Source: a virus
DNA length: 28,282 nucleotides
Strand: one strand, 5' to 3'
Virus record (IMG/VR): IMGVR_UViG_3300045996_002184
The translations under genes and the position numbers were made by a program. Shown here piece after piece: positions 10,300-19,315 of this stretch; within the stretch, counting starts at the first letter, position 1, and every line of letters starts with the position of its first letter. The notes under the pieces were generated by a model, which saw only the letters and a list, made by a program, of their open reading frames with translations, searched no databases and had not been told where the DNA came from.

Positions 10300-10637
10300 G
10301 GTAAAGTATGATGTTGAATAAATTCGTAACTCCATTTGAAAACATCAGGATTTTTCTCAGCCCGATCCAGATGTTCCCTATATGGACCCTCTACTCTTGC
10401 TCCTCTTGGAAACTTAGCGGAGTTCTCGCAAAAGGAAAGAGCACCGATGCATGGGTGTTTTACGGCCCGGGCTTCTATTTCTTCATCCGTAGCTTCTTCC
10501 CAGTTTACTTTCATGTGACAACCTAATAGGTTATATTCCATAGAACTGAGAAACTCTTGCGGATTACCGGATGCAGCACCAAGCCAACCTTTAACACTGT
10601 CCTTTTTAAAGGGACATTCTTTGCACGGCTTACTCAT
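10296..10637 (-). CDS. Cys-rich hypothetical protein (CxxCPF...GWLG, possibly DUF6283-like)
   Basis: MSKPCKECPFKKDSVKGWLG...GCH...PCIGA. Start placed at 10637, overlapping the upstream small ORF stop. Confidence 0.6.
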   Translation of the reverse strand: MSKPCKECPFKKDSVKGWLGAASGNPQEFLSSMEYNLLGCHMKVNWEEATDEEIEARAVKHPCIGALSFCENSAKFPRGARVEGPYREHLDRAEKNPDVFKWSYEFIQHHTLP

Positions 10638-10806
10638 CCTCTTCATCGTTTTCATCTTCTTCCTGCTTGAAATCTTCCAGCTCGATAGATAATCTATCAA
10701 GCACTTCATTTACCTCAGCAGGTTCAAGATATACCAGACCCTTAGCTATGTCCGCTTTAATTGCAGTTACGCATTCCTGAACTGCTTGTTCGTTTACACT
10801 TGCCAT
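10630..10806 (-). CDS. small acidic protein (58 aa)
   Basis: Below the track cut-off: MASVNEQAVQECVTAIKADIAKGLVYLEPAEVNEVLDRLSIELEDFKQEEDENDEEDE. Exactly fills the gap between neighbours. Confidence 0.75.
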   Translation of the reverse strand: MASVNEQAVQECVTAIKADIAKGLVYLEPAEVNEVLDRLSIELEDFKQEEDENDEEDE

Positions 10807-10812
10807 AGATTT

Positions 10813-12303
10813 TTATTTTACAATGAACAATTTGTGTCTTGCACGGGTAGCTGCTACATACCGGATGCGATTGCGCTCTTTGATGTCCCAGTTCTGATCA
10901 ATATCCCATTCCATGGAGATGCAGTAATCATAAGTGGATCCTTGTGCCTTGTGTGCGGTAAGACAGTAGTTGTATTTTACCCAGGCGAAATTGTCTTCCA
11001 GTTTATAGAACTGCTTCCACATTTCCTTGCGGTCGAACATGTCACTGGCATTGAGCGCGGCTTTCTTGATCTTTTCCTTGATCGCTGCATACTCCTGTTC
11101 ACTATCCTCGTGAAGGATGGCTACGGGAAATGCGATACCGAGGTCATTGACCAGCTTACAATGGTATACATTGATCGCGGCCTCTTTGACGTGCTTGGTA
11201 AGGTCAGATAGTGGATCTTCCTGATCAGACTTCTCATCGAAGACCTGGCGGTTGATCAGGGTATACTTCAGCATCATGACACCAACCTTGATGTCCCGGA
11301 CTACTACATCTTCGTTATTAGCAATGATGACAGTATCCTTCTTCACAAGCGGTGCGTCCATAATGAGTTTCTCTCCCTCGATTAACTTAGGAAGCGTAGT
11401 GGCCTTGTTTATCATAAGACGAATCTCACGGTTGAAATAATCTACCGTGTTATTACGCCATGCAATGATCTTTACGTAATCGGGATCAGCCTGAAACTCT
11501 TCGGTACAGAAATACTCCCGAAACAGGTTCCAGAGTCTCTCTTTGTTATGTGCACCGGTATGGTATTGTTCCAGGGCATGGTGTTGGTCCGGGCTTATGG
11601 TATAAGGGATGAACTTCATATCGATGTGTTCCCTGATACTGGTGGCGTACATAATGATCGGACTTTCCTTAGCTTGGCGCTGCGGCTCGTTCAGTTCCAC
11701 ATAAGCGATCTTGTGAGCGATTCTTCGTGAAGGAATGAACGGTATCGAGTCTGTGACGTCTTCCTCTCCTTTCTTCTTTACAGGCGGTATCTGTAAGGGG
11801 TCTCCCATAAAGATCACGCGCAGTTTACTATTGGAGCGCAGCTCGGTCAGGATATGATCGAAGAGTTCATTATGCAGCATGGACGTTTCATCCACGAACA
11901 GTATGTTGATCCCTTCAATGCGTCTTTCCCGACCACTGGAGAAGTCAGGCTCATAAGTAATTATCATTTCATTCTTGTTCTTTGGGTTTGGTACAAGCTT
12001 CTGCTTGAGCCCAAGAAAAGAGTGAATGGTACCAAATTCAAGCTGATCAGCTATCTCGGAATGTTTCTTTAGTACGCGCACCGCCTTGTGAGTAGGTGCT
12101 GTCATACCGAAGGTCATACCAGGAAGCATTTCTTTGATTCGTTCTACCAGGCGGTTAGAGAGAAAGGTCTTACCGGTACCAGCAAAGCCGGCAAGGGTAG
12201 CCATTCGTTCAGGCGATTCACCGCGACAAAAGGACAGCAGGAAGTTCATAGCAGTTTCCTGGTCACTGTTCAGCGTATAGGCTGGTTTCATTTCTAATTC
12301 CAT
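10813..12303 (-). CDS. Dda/RecD-like superfamily 1B helicase
   Basis: GFAGTGKT, APTHKA, VDETSML, GDPLQIPPV, QRQ, YCLTAHKAQGSTYD, YVAATRAR. Confidence 0.92.
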   Translation of the reverse strand: MELEMKPAYTLNSDQETAMNFLLSFCRGESPERMATLAGFAGTGKTFLSNRLVERIKEMLPGMTFGMTAPTHKAVRVLKKHSEIADQLEFGTIHSFLGLKQKLVPNPKNKNEMIITYEPDFSSGRERRIEGINILFVDETSMLHNELFDHILTELRSNSKLRVIFMGDPLQIPPVKKKGEEDVTDSIPFIPSRRIAHKIAYVELNEPQRQAKESPIIMYATSIREHIDMKFIPYTISPDQHHALEQYHTGAHNKERLWNLFREYFCTEEFQADPDYVKIIAWRNNTVDYFNREIRLMINKATTLPKLIEGEKLIMDAPLVKKDTVIIANNEDVVVRDIKVGVMMLKYTLINRQVFDEKSDQEDPLSDLTKHVKEAAINVYHCKLVNDLGIAFPVAILHEDSEQEYAAIKEKIKKAALNASDMFDRKEMWKQFYKLEDNFAWVKYNYCLTAHKAQGSTYDYCISMEWDIDQNWDIKERNRIRYVAATRARHKLFIVK

Positions 12304-12527
12304 TATATCCTCCCTGGTTTTTGTCTGTCAATAACTTTCCATTTTATAGGACCATTTCCCATGCGGAGTACTTCTCCTTTCCTGTAAACAGGACCAGATA
12401 GATCCATTTTCAAGACCTGGTACCGCTTACGGGGAAGGAAACGCAATCGCTGGAAGAAACGGCCCAACCAGGTGGAATACCTGAAAGGTATCTTATCAAC
12501 GCTTTGGAGTACATATGTGTACCTCAT
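12303..12527 (-). CDS. hypothetical basic protein (74 aa)
   Basis: Stop/start overlaps at both ends. Confidence 0.65.
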   Translation of the reverse strand: MRYTYVLQSVDKIPFRYSTWLGRFFQRLRFLPRKRYQVLKMDLSGPVYRKGEVLRMGNGPIKWKVIDRQKPGRI

Positions 12528-12889
12528 AATTGTAGATTATATGCTTTATAAAAAAGAGTTGTTCGATCCTTCCCAACAAGAGAGGCGCAGAAAGTTTTAT
12601 TCCAGCGAAACTGGAGAGCCCTGGTGCTGAATTCCTGCATGAACCGATACTCTTTTGGATACCGGTCGAAATTGATCCTTTTTAGTTTTCTTAAGATACT
12701 CAGATCAACACCAAGTTGCTGGGCACGGTCTTTAAACCATGCCTCGGCAACTTCGTTGGTGCGATCGGCACAAGAGACAACTACCCGGTTGTCCATTCGT
12801 TCAAAGTCAACCAGTAATTCCTTACCGAACATGCGGTAAAAATCCCTTTGCCGGAATTTGATCCAGTTTCTTTCTTCAACAGAAAGCAT
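12524..12889 (-). CDS. hypothetical protein
   Basis: Track ORF 12524..12955. Likely start is ATG 12889 (MLSVEERNW), just after the upstream stop. Confidence 0.7.
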   Translation of the reverse strand: MLSVEERNWIKFRQRDFYRMFGKELLVDFERMDNRVVVSCADRTNEVAEAWFKDRAQQLGVDLSILRKLKRINFDRYPKEYRFMQEFSTRALQFRWNKTFCASLVGKDRTTLFYKAYNLQL

Positions 12890-12893
12890 GAAC

Positions 12894-13451
12894 TTAAGTG
12901 TTTGGTAGTGACTCCTTGTACTCCGGTGGAGCAGTTCGGAAATAGATGGAACCATCCTGGAATAGTAACCGGCCCTTTTGTTTGTTCACGTCGAATTTTA
13001 CTTCCTCGGTGAACATCTTGAATAGCTGACGGTACTTTCCAAAGTGGATCCCTTTGCGGTTTTTCTGTGCGTAGAATACAGTGTCGATACTATCTAACAA
13101 CATTTCCAGGAACTCGTCATACACTTCTGCTTTCTCCTCGCCACCTATTCTTAAAGTGGTCTCGATGATCCTTGCTACATCGCTGAGCTTATCTTTCTGT
13201 ATCTCTTTTTCCAGCCATTCGGCCTCTAAGCGTGGAGTGTTGCTGAAGACTGTCTTTTCAAAGTCACGAACAGCACGTACGGTATCGTCAATACCATCGG
13301 TGAGTTCTTTGTTCTGAATAGCCATGCCTGCGGCAGATCCTAAGTAAATAACACCCATACGGAGCATAAGACATGCGCGGTGTAGGGCAAGCGTGAGTTC
13401 CAGCTGTTCCTTCTCAGGAACGGAGAGCTGTTGGGTTGTCGTTTGTATCAT
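12894..13451 (-). CDS. hypothetical protein (185 aa)
   Basis: Long ORF in the operon; appears largely helical. Confidence 0.8.
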   Translation of the reverse strand: MIQTTTQQLSVPEKEQLELTLALHRACLMLRMGVIYLGSAAGMAIQNKELTDGIDDTVRAVRDFEKTVFSNTPRLEAEWLEKEIQKDKLSDVARIIETTLRIGGEEKAEVYDEFLEMLLDSIDTVFYAQKNRKGIHFGKYRQLFKMFTEEVKFDVNKQKGRLLFQDGSIYFRTAPPEYKESLPNT

Positions 13452-14286
13452 GCAGTTTATAGTTTACTACTGTGTCTTGTGCCTGTGCATAGAGTCGATC
13501 CAGGTCTCCGGAATTATCTATGACGACATCGAATTTGTAATCGTCTAGTGCAGTTTCTGATTTGTGTTTTGATGTTAGTCCGTTAGGTCGATAGACCCGT
13601 ATCAAGATACCATTTTTCTCCTTGATTACCTCGGCCTCGTTGGGAAATCTTACATCAGTAATTATCCAATTTGGCCAGCGCTCTGTTGATGGTAACATAC
13701 CGGCGAAAATGCTTTCACCTTCATAGTGAGAGCCACCAGGTATCATGACCGGTTGGTACCGGTTCATGAGCGCGTTGACCCATGTATTGGGGTGGAATTT
13801 CTCTCGGAACAGATCGGTACCGACAGTTTGCAAAGCCTCACGTACTGTTCGTACCGTGATATATTCCTTGACAAAATTTCCTCGAATGTACCGGTATCCA
13901 TTCTGCTCTGACCAATCCGCCTCATCTTTGTAATCGGTAGAGGAGTGCTTCATAGCTTCTATTATACCATCTCGATGGGCCCATGTATGTCGTTTGAGCA
14001 TCCACTCTTTACCAAGATCTGATTCCTTGAACTCACGATCCTCCAGTTGTTCTCTTGTGCATCCAATCAGGATACACATGATCTCCTTTAATGGGTCAGC
14101 GAATTTGCGTATCTCCCAACCTGACTGGTTGGACTTGATACCTTCGGTCTTAACCTTTGCCCAAAGGTCGTAAGTGAAAGAATGCTTGTTTTCTTTCTTA
14201 CAAAGTATCTGGTAGATACAGTGCCTGAGCATATCGGCAAAGGTGTCCTTGCCAGAGCCGATGTAACCTGATATACCTATAAGCAT
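13414..14286 (-). CDS. deoxynucleoside monophosphate kinase
   Basis: IGISGYIGSGKDT, FADPLKE, VREALQTVGTD, IITDVRFPNE, HKSETALD, IDNSG. Confidence 0.92.
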   Translation of the reverse strand: MLIGISGYIGSGKDTFADMLRHCIYQILCKKENKHSFTYDLWAKVKTEGIKSNQSGWEIRKFADPLKEIMCILIGCTREQLEDREFKESDLGKEWMLKRHTWAHRDGIIEAMKHSSTDYKDEADWSEQNGYRYIRGNFVKEYITVRTVREALQTVGTDLFREKFHPNTWVNALMNRYQPVMIPGGSHYEGESIFAGMLPSTERWPNWIITDVRFPNEAEVIKEKNGILIRVYRPNGLTSKHKSETALDDYKFDVVIDNSGDLDRLYAQAQDTVVNYKLHDTNDNPTALRS

Positions 14287-14738
14287 TTTAATTGAATTAG
14301 TTCTGAAAGTTGTACGAAGTCTTGTTCTGCGCTGGTAGCAATATGGGAGATTGAACCAGGCAACTCATCCCTGGTATCAATTCGTTCTTTGAATTTAGAG
14401 ATACTATGGATAATAATACTGTGGTCAGGTGTTCTACTAACGGTATCACCTTTCCTGTTGGTCCTTTCTCCACGATGCAGTACCCTTGCAATGGTTTGCA
14501 GGGATATATCCTTTCCAAAATAGCTTTTCATCCAGTAACAGAATATCTGTCTGCAGTATACAAATTCTCGTTTCCTATTCGATCCCAGTATATCATTTAT
14601 ACTGATCTCATATCGGTTGGATATTGTACGCAGAACCTCCATATATACATGCTCCGGGCTGGGCCGCTCGAAATGTTTTAGTCCCGGTATCACGTAAGGA
14701 GAAATGTAGAACGGTACTCGTCTTTTTATTTTGTCCAT
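14277..14738 (-). CDS. DnaA C-terminal (domain IV) HTH-like protein
   Basis: ISINDILGSNRKREFVYCRQIFCY...SLQTIARVL...DHSIIIHSISK matches the DnaA domain IV pattern (DL.S..R......RQ..MY...SL..IG..F..RDHTTV.HA..K). Confidence 0.8.
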   Translation of the reverse strand: MDKIKRRVPFYISPYVIPGLKHFERPSPEHVYMEVLRTISNRYEISINDILGSNRKREFVYCRQIFCYWMKSYFGKDISLQTIARVLHRGERTNRKGDTVSRTPDHSIIIHSISKFKERIDTRDELPGSISHIATSAEQDFVQLSELIQLKCL

Positions 14739-16924
14739 ACCTCTGTGATTTGCGTTTCAGCTTTGAGGATACCGGTGGGTATCACTACCCTCGCCGCTTC
14801 CCTCATAAGCTCATCCATCTTCAACTTCCACATCTCTGCCAATTCCTGGCGGCAGATGGTAGTCACCTGGTCGTGTACCTGAGCCTGGAACTTGATGTTA
14901 TTGACATAGCCGTTATCGTGGATCCAACCACGGATCAGTACCATGGCAATCTTTGTGATATCGGCAGAAGACCCCTGGATGGGCATATTCTTGCTTGCGC
15001 GTTCGATCTCTCCCAATGTCGGGTTGAACCGTACGCCCATCCTGTGTGGTTCTATGTAATTCTTGTTCTCGTACCAGAAAGGGAACCAGCGCTTGCGGTA
15101 GAATGGCGCCAGCGTTTGGATATACCCGTTATCGAGCCCAAAGTCTCCAAGGAACTGCAGTACCCGACCAATAGCCGGGAAGGTAGAAAAGTACTCGTTG
15201 ATCAAGGCCCTGGCCTCTTTGACAGAGATATTCAGGTCACCGGCAAGCTTAAATTCACTCATCCCGTAGGCCAGGCCGAAGTTGATCGACTTGATGCCAT
15301 CCCTGAGCGACTTGTGCTGCTTACACTTGCATTTCTGCTTTTGCTGTACCAGGTTACCGAAAGAGTCTACTTCCATTTTATAGTAAGCGCAGTCTTCCGA
15401 GGCTGCTTTCTTCCACTTGTCCTTATGCACTAGTTCGGCGCATAGACTGTGCAGGTCATAGCCCTTCTCGATAGCGTCCATCCATACCGGGTCTTTGGAG
15501 ATATAGGCAATGATCACCAGTTCCTGGCTCACAAAGTCACTATCTACAAACACCCAACCCGGGTCGCAAACAAAAGCATTCCTGTACCTGGTACCGACGC
15601 TTTCTTTCACGATGATGTTTTGCATATTCGGGTTGGATGAGGTCACCCTACCAGTAGATGCTACCTGGTTGAAGTTGGTACGTACGCGACCATCTGAGTC
15701 CACATACTTACGAATGAATGACTCACCATAGGTGGTTGTCAGCTTCAGGGCCTCGATATAATCCTTTCGATCACGAAGCATTTTGTGCGTGGTCTTGTTG
15801 ACACTCTCCTCGCTCAAGTCTTTAAGGCGTGGCTCAACAATCTGGGCCATAGGCAATACCTGGTCACGACTATTCCAGTTAATGGTAGAAGTACCGGCCG
15901 GTATCATAAGACCTTCAGCTACCAGGAAATCACGGTGATATTTCATCATGAATTTCTCCAGTTCCTTGAAGTTCTTTTCCATGTAGCATACCAGCACATT
16001 CAATTCTTCGTTGGTGAGTGATGTACCGTTATCCCGCAGGAACTTCTTCACGATCGGCATAGACCCGCCCGCGAGCGTTGGAAACACCTGTTTTAAGCAT
16101 TTCATCTTCTGCGGTACCGAGTTATAGTTGATCGTGATCTTGTCTTCGTCAGAGATATAGCCCTGATCATAGGACCAGAACGCGAAGTCAGGATGGGTAA
16201 GCCATTTATTCACCTGGTCGTAGGCTTCCTGTACCACCGGTTCGGCGAGGGTTATATTCTCCCGCCATTTCTCCTGGTTCAACAACATTCCTTCGTAAGT
16301 GATATCGGAGAACGCCGGCAAGCTTTCCATCTCAAGGGTAAATACATTCATCAGTTCCTTGGTATGAGCTTCCTGTAACTGGAACTTCTTGATCGTATCC
16401 AGGTACACTACGTCTGTGACACCATAGAGGATCTTGCTATCAGTCATGATATCATCCCCGAAGTTGGTTTGCTCGGTCTTATCCATGTAGAGCCTCATGT
16501 ACTTCCAGGTAAGTTCAGCCAGGGAGTATTCCATTGTCTCCAGTCCGCCACGAAGAACTTTCTCGGCGAGCATAGTATCAAACAGGTTATCTATTATGAT
16601 ACCGTGGAAACGAAGGACGATATATTCAAAGCGTGCGTTGTGCGCAAGCTTTTGTTGATTCTTGTTCTGTAAAATTTCTTTGATTGTGAGTTTCTGCTCA
16701 CCGGTAAGCTGTGACCATTGAAAGAACCATTGCAGTCTTTCTTGTGTGCATGAGCCAAACTGAATTGAGATCAGCTTATACTCGTTCCACTTCTCGACTA
16801 CATTGGTTTCAATATCCAGTTGATAAGAACTCTGTTGTTTTACCCAGGTAACGAACTGATCGAAATCAGCTACCGGGTACTTCGACCCTTGCACATTGGA
16901 TATGTGCTGAATAGTTCCGACCAT
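14726..16924 (-). CDS. polA: DNA polymerase family A with 3'-5' exonuclease domain
   Basis: ExoI DIET, ExoII HNARFE, DTML, ExoIII YGVTD; TGRVTSSNPNMQNI; motif A DSDFVSQEL; motif B RDGIKSINFGLAYG; NMPIQGSSADITK; motif C VHDQ. Confidence 0.95.
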   Translation of the reverse strand: MVGTIQHISNVQGSKYPVADFDQFVTWVKQQSSYQLDIETNVVEKWNEYKLISIQFGSCTQERLQWFFQWSQLTGEQKLTIKEILQNKNQQKLAHNARFEYIVLRFHGIIIDNLFDTMLAEKVLRGGLETMEYSLAELTWKYMRLYMDKTEQTNFGDDIMTDSKILYGVTDVVYLDTIKKFQLQEAHTKELMNVFTLEMESLPAFSDITYEGMLLNQEKWRENITLAEPVVQEAYDQVNKWLTHPDFAFWSYDQGYISDEDKITINYNSVPQKMKCLKQVFPTLAGGSMPIVKKFLRDNGTSLTNEELNVLVCYMEKNFKELEKFMMKYHRDFLVAEGLMIPAGTSTINWNSRDQVLPMAQIVEPRLKDLSEESVNKTTHKMLRDRKDYIEALKLTTTYGESFIRKYVDSDGRVRTNFNQVASTGRVTSSNPNMQNIIVKESVGTRYRNAFVCDPGWVFVDSDFVSQELVIIAYISKDPVWMDAIEKGYDLHSLCAELVHKDKWKKAASEDCAYYKMEVDSFGNLVQQKQKCKCKQHKSLRDGIKSINFGLAYGMSEFKLAGDLNISVKEARALINEYFSTFPAIGRVLQFLGDFGLDNGYIQTLAPFYRKRWFPFWYENKNYIEPHRMGVRFNPTLGEIERASKNMPIQGSSADITKIAMVLIRGWIHDNGYVNNIKFQAQVHDQVTTICRQELAEMWKLKMDELMREAARVVIPTGILKAETQITEVWTK

Positions 16925-16935
16925 AGTTTAAGGGT

Positions 16936-17205
16936 TTAGCCGTAAGCTTCAGTAGCTGTCTGCTTGCGGTCGATTTGAAACTGTACTTCTCTTATTTTAC
17001 GAGGATGATCGTCAGGCAATTCCATGTTGATCTTCTCCAGCCTTGTACTGCAATACCGGATAATGGTACGGCAAAGGCTTGGACCGATCATGGAGATATA
17101 CCGGTTCATGAGCGTAGCCTGCGCACGTCCACTCATCTTAAGCATAACCGCAACCATCTGGTCGAAGTCCATCCATTTTATCCGGCTATCGTCCTGGGAT
17201 TGCAT
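16936..17205 (-). CDS. hypothetical protein (89 aa)
   Basis: Fits the minus-strand gene tiling. Confidence 0.7.
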   Translation of the reverse strand: MQSQDDSRIKWMDFDQMVAVMLKMSGRAQATLMNRYISMIGPSLCRTIIRYCSTRLEKINMELPDDHPRKIREVQFQIDRKQTATEAYG

Positions 17206-17515
17206 TTGACAAGGCTTTATCTGTTCTCAGGAAATATTGTTTCACCAGCCCCGGTATAGTCTTATATACCGGTTTTCTGTCGATGACATCAATGATTACC
17301 TGTCTGGGTACTCTTTTGATCTGCATCATCCTGGGGTTTACTCCCCTGCGATTTGATTCCTTGCGGTTGTTGCCGTTGAAACTGTGAGAGAAGCTTGTAG
17401 ACCGGCCCGAGGGAATGTACTTACTGATACCATTGCCACGAGGCTCACCCTTTCTGTTTAAGCCTTGTTCATTGAGTTCAGTAGTCGTTACTAATTTGTC
17501 CTTTCCTTTCTGCAT
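17186..17515 (-). CDS. hypothetical basic protein (109 aa)
   Basis: Lys/Arg-rich; starts 25 nt downstream of a tRNA-like element. Confidence 0.7.
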   Translation of the reverse strand: MQKGKDKLVTTTELNEQGLNRKGEPRGNGISKYIPSGRSTSFSHSFNGNNRKESNRRGVNPRMMQIKRVPRQVIIDVIDRKPVYKTIPGLVKQYFLRTDKALSNAIPGR

Positions 17516-17540
17516 AATTACTCTGTTAGAAAATTTAAAG

Positions 17541-17621
17541 TGGAAAGTGAAGGATTCGAACCTCCGTTTGCAGCTTTCTAGTGCGCATTCACTGCCGTCC
17601 TATCCCCTAGACGAACTTCCC
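17541..17621 (-). ncRNA. tRNA-like element 1 with 16-nt anticodon loop (no assignable anticodon)
   Basis: GGGAAGT TC GTC-TAGGGGATAG-GAC G GCAGT-[GAATGCGCACTAGAAA]-GCTGC AAAC GGAGG-TTCGAAT-CCTTC ACTTTCC A. 7-bp acceptor stem, D arm and canonical T arm. Confidence 0.8.
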
Positions 17622-17735
17622 AATTGCCAGGCTTACGTTTACCTGGCTGCGGTTTAAAGAACTCCTCGGTGTCGATTTAAAAAGTCACCATTGAGGGCGT
17701 ACCGTAATGTGTTGTTGTTGCTCCTGTTGCGGAGT

Positions 17736-17820
17736 TTGATAAGTCCTGGGTTACCCGATCCGTTTATTGCTCTTGACCTTTAAGGCGGTGCAATTCGCCC
17801 TTTCACCCAGTACCTATCAA
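17736..17820 (-). ncRNA. putative structured RNA: 3-way junction with possible kissing loops
   Basis: 16-bp closing stem TTGATAGGTACTGGGT/ACCCAGGACTTATCAA (one G-U, one A.G mismatch). Hairpins AGGGCG/CGCCTT and GGTC/GATC whose loops carry complementary ATTGC and GCAAT. Confidence 0.6.
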
Positions 17821-17829
17821 GGAATTAAA

Positions 17830-17927
17830 AACCGGCAGCATGTTAAGGAAACGTGTTCCACCACACCTAAACAGGACATCCTCAAATGCCCGATTTTATT
17901 TGTTTGTTATAAAATCTGCTACCGGTT
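17830..17927 (-). ncRNA. putative structured RNA: 4-way junction
   Basis: Closing stem AACCGGTAGCA/TGCTGCCGGTT. Three internal hairpins: GATTTTAT/ATAAAATC, GGGCAT/ATGTCC and TGTTTAGG/CCTTAACA. Confidence 0.6.
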
Positions 17928-17936
17928 CCAAAGATG

Positions 17937-18443
17937 TCAAAGAGCCTTATACGTATCCAGTATCGTTGCGATATCCCTCATGGAGTATTCTGCGCATCCT
18001 ATTGTAAGGAAGTGTACATCCGGCTTGATGGCGGGCATGTGAGTCACTACTTGTAGCGCGTTGAAACTCTTGAGTTGATTGTATTGTTGCATGATAACAT
18101 GGATAGGTACGATGCATCTGTCTATAAGAATGCCTTGTTTCGAAACAGATATTTTGAGTTTTTTAGAACCCAGTTCCAGTTCCTTCTTATTACTGTCCTT
18201 GAGCCAAAGTAATTGCTGATCCGCGTACTCAAAGATTTGGACCATCGCACTGTCAGAGTTGAACTTCCTAAGGAGTTGATACTTCTCTGACAGATGTTTA
18301 TCACTGGATACATTAAGCAGTTTATCGCCAAGTACCATAATATTCTCGGTATGGAGCTGTTCTGCGGGTTGAAAACCCCGAAGGAGTAAGCGTTCCAGTA
18401 TCGAGTTGTTGGTACCAAGGATGAAGAAGGTTGGGGCATTCAT
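17937..18443 (-). CDS. hypothetical protein (168 aa)
   Basis: ATGA overlap with the dcd stop. Confidence 0.75.
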   Translation of the reverse strand: MNAPTFFILGTNNSILERLLLRGFQPAEQLHTENIMVLGDKLLNVSSDKHLSEKYQLLRKFNSDSAMVQIFEYADQQLLWLKDSNKKELELGSKKLKISVSKQGILIDRCIVPIHVIMQQYNQLKSFNALQVVTHMPAIKPDVHFLTIGCAEYSMRDIATILDTYKAL

Positions 18444-18994
18444 ACGGGTTCTGTTTTCGGCAGGAAATTACGCCACATTGCACTCGGCTTCGGGCGTGCT
18501 TCCTGGTTGTTGTATTTGGCACCTGCTTTAAGTGAATAGAGCTGATGCGGCTTACTCATGGTGAGGAAAAATAGTACTTGTGCTACCGGCATCGAGTGAT
18601 ACACGCGAAGCGGTTTTGCTACTGTGATCTCCAGTGTCCAATGACCCCGGAAACCTACGTCACCCACTCCTGCGGTAACGTGCACTGACATACCCAGCCG
18701 GCCGATGGAAGACTTTCCTTCGACCAGTGGTACCGAGCAAGAGGAGTGAGTGGATTCTTTTGTAAAGCCGAGGTAAAGTTCACCAGGCTGCAAGACAAAG
18801 CCTTCATCCGGTATCTTGAAATACCGATGTGGGTTATCTTTCTTGCAGTCCAGTTCTTCTTCGGTGTAAACCAGGAGTTCATCTCCTAATGTGAGGTCGT
18901 AGCTGTTGGTACCGAGTCTCGTCGGATCGTATCCTTTGATATCAATAGTACCATTTTGAATTGCACGCTTTATATCAGCGTCAGTTAATACCAT
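18440..18994 (-). CDS. dcd: dCTP deaminase
   Basis: MVLTDADI, NSYDLTLG, LQPGELYLG, EGKSSIGRLG, TAGVGDVGFRGHWTLEI, AQVLF. Confidence 0.93.
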   Translation of the reverse strand: MVLTDADIKRAIQNGTIDIKGYDPTRLGTNSYDLTLGDELLVYTEEELDCKKDNPHRYFKIPDEGFVLQPGELYLGFTKESTHSSCSVPLVEGKSSIGRLGMSVHVTAGVGDVGFRGHWTLEITVAKPLRVYHSMPVAQVLFFLTMSKPHQLYSLKAGAKYNNQEARPKPSAMWRNFLPKTEPV

Positions 18995-19012
18995 GCTATA
19001 AATTTTTAAGGG

Positions 19013-19294
19013 TTAATCCTCTTCAATAGGAAGGGGATCGTCTTGGGTCTCTTCCGGCGTACTCACGTTCACCTCTACTATACAGGTGGCTGCCGGAACT
19101 GATATGACTGGTGGAAAAGGATATCGGGCCTCTCCTCGGTCAACCCTGCGATATATGCTAAGGAAACCATTCTTTGGAGTTGGATTCAACTCGTACACAT
19201 TGGCATCGTAGGATTCGTCCATGATGGAGTCTTCGTTTTCGGTTTTGGCAATGACTGTTATACTTTCCGTGCCAACGGTAACTCGTGTGTACAT
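19013..19294 (-). CDS. hypothetical protein (93 aa)
   Basis: Fits the minus-strand gene tiling. Confidence 0.7.
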   Translation of the reverse strand: MYTRVTVGTESITVIAKTENEDSIMDESYDANVYELNPTPKNGFLSIYRRVDRGEARYPFPPVISVPAATCIVEVNVSTPEETQDDPLPIEED

Positions 19295-19315
19295 AGCCTG
19301 TGGGTTTAGAGGCTA

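Noticed and set aside
7298-16924. Inteins or introns in the helicases and polymerase
   Set aside because: Protein lengths are ordinary, and no splicing or homing-endonuclease motifs were seen.
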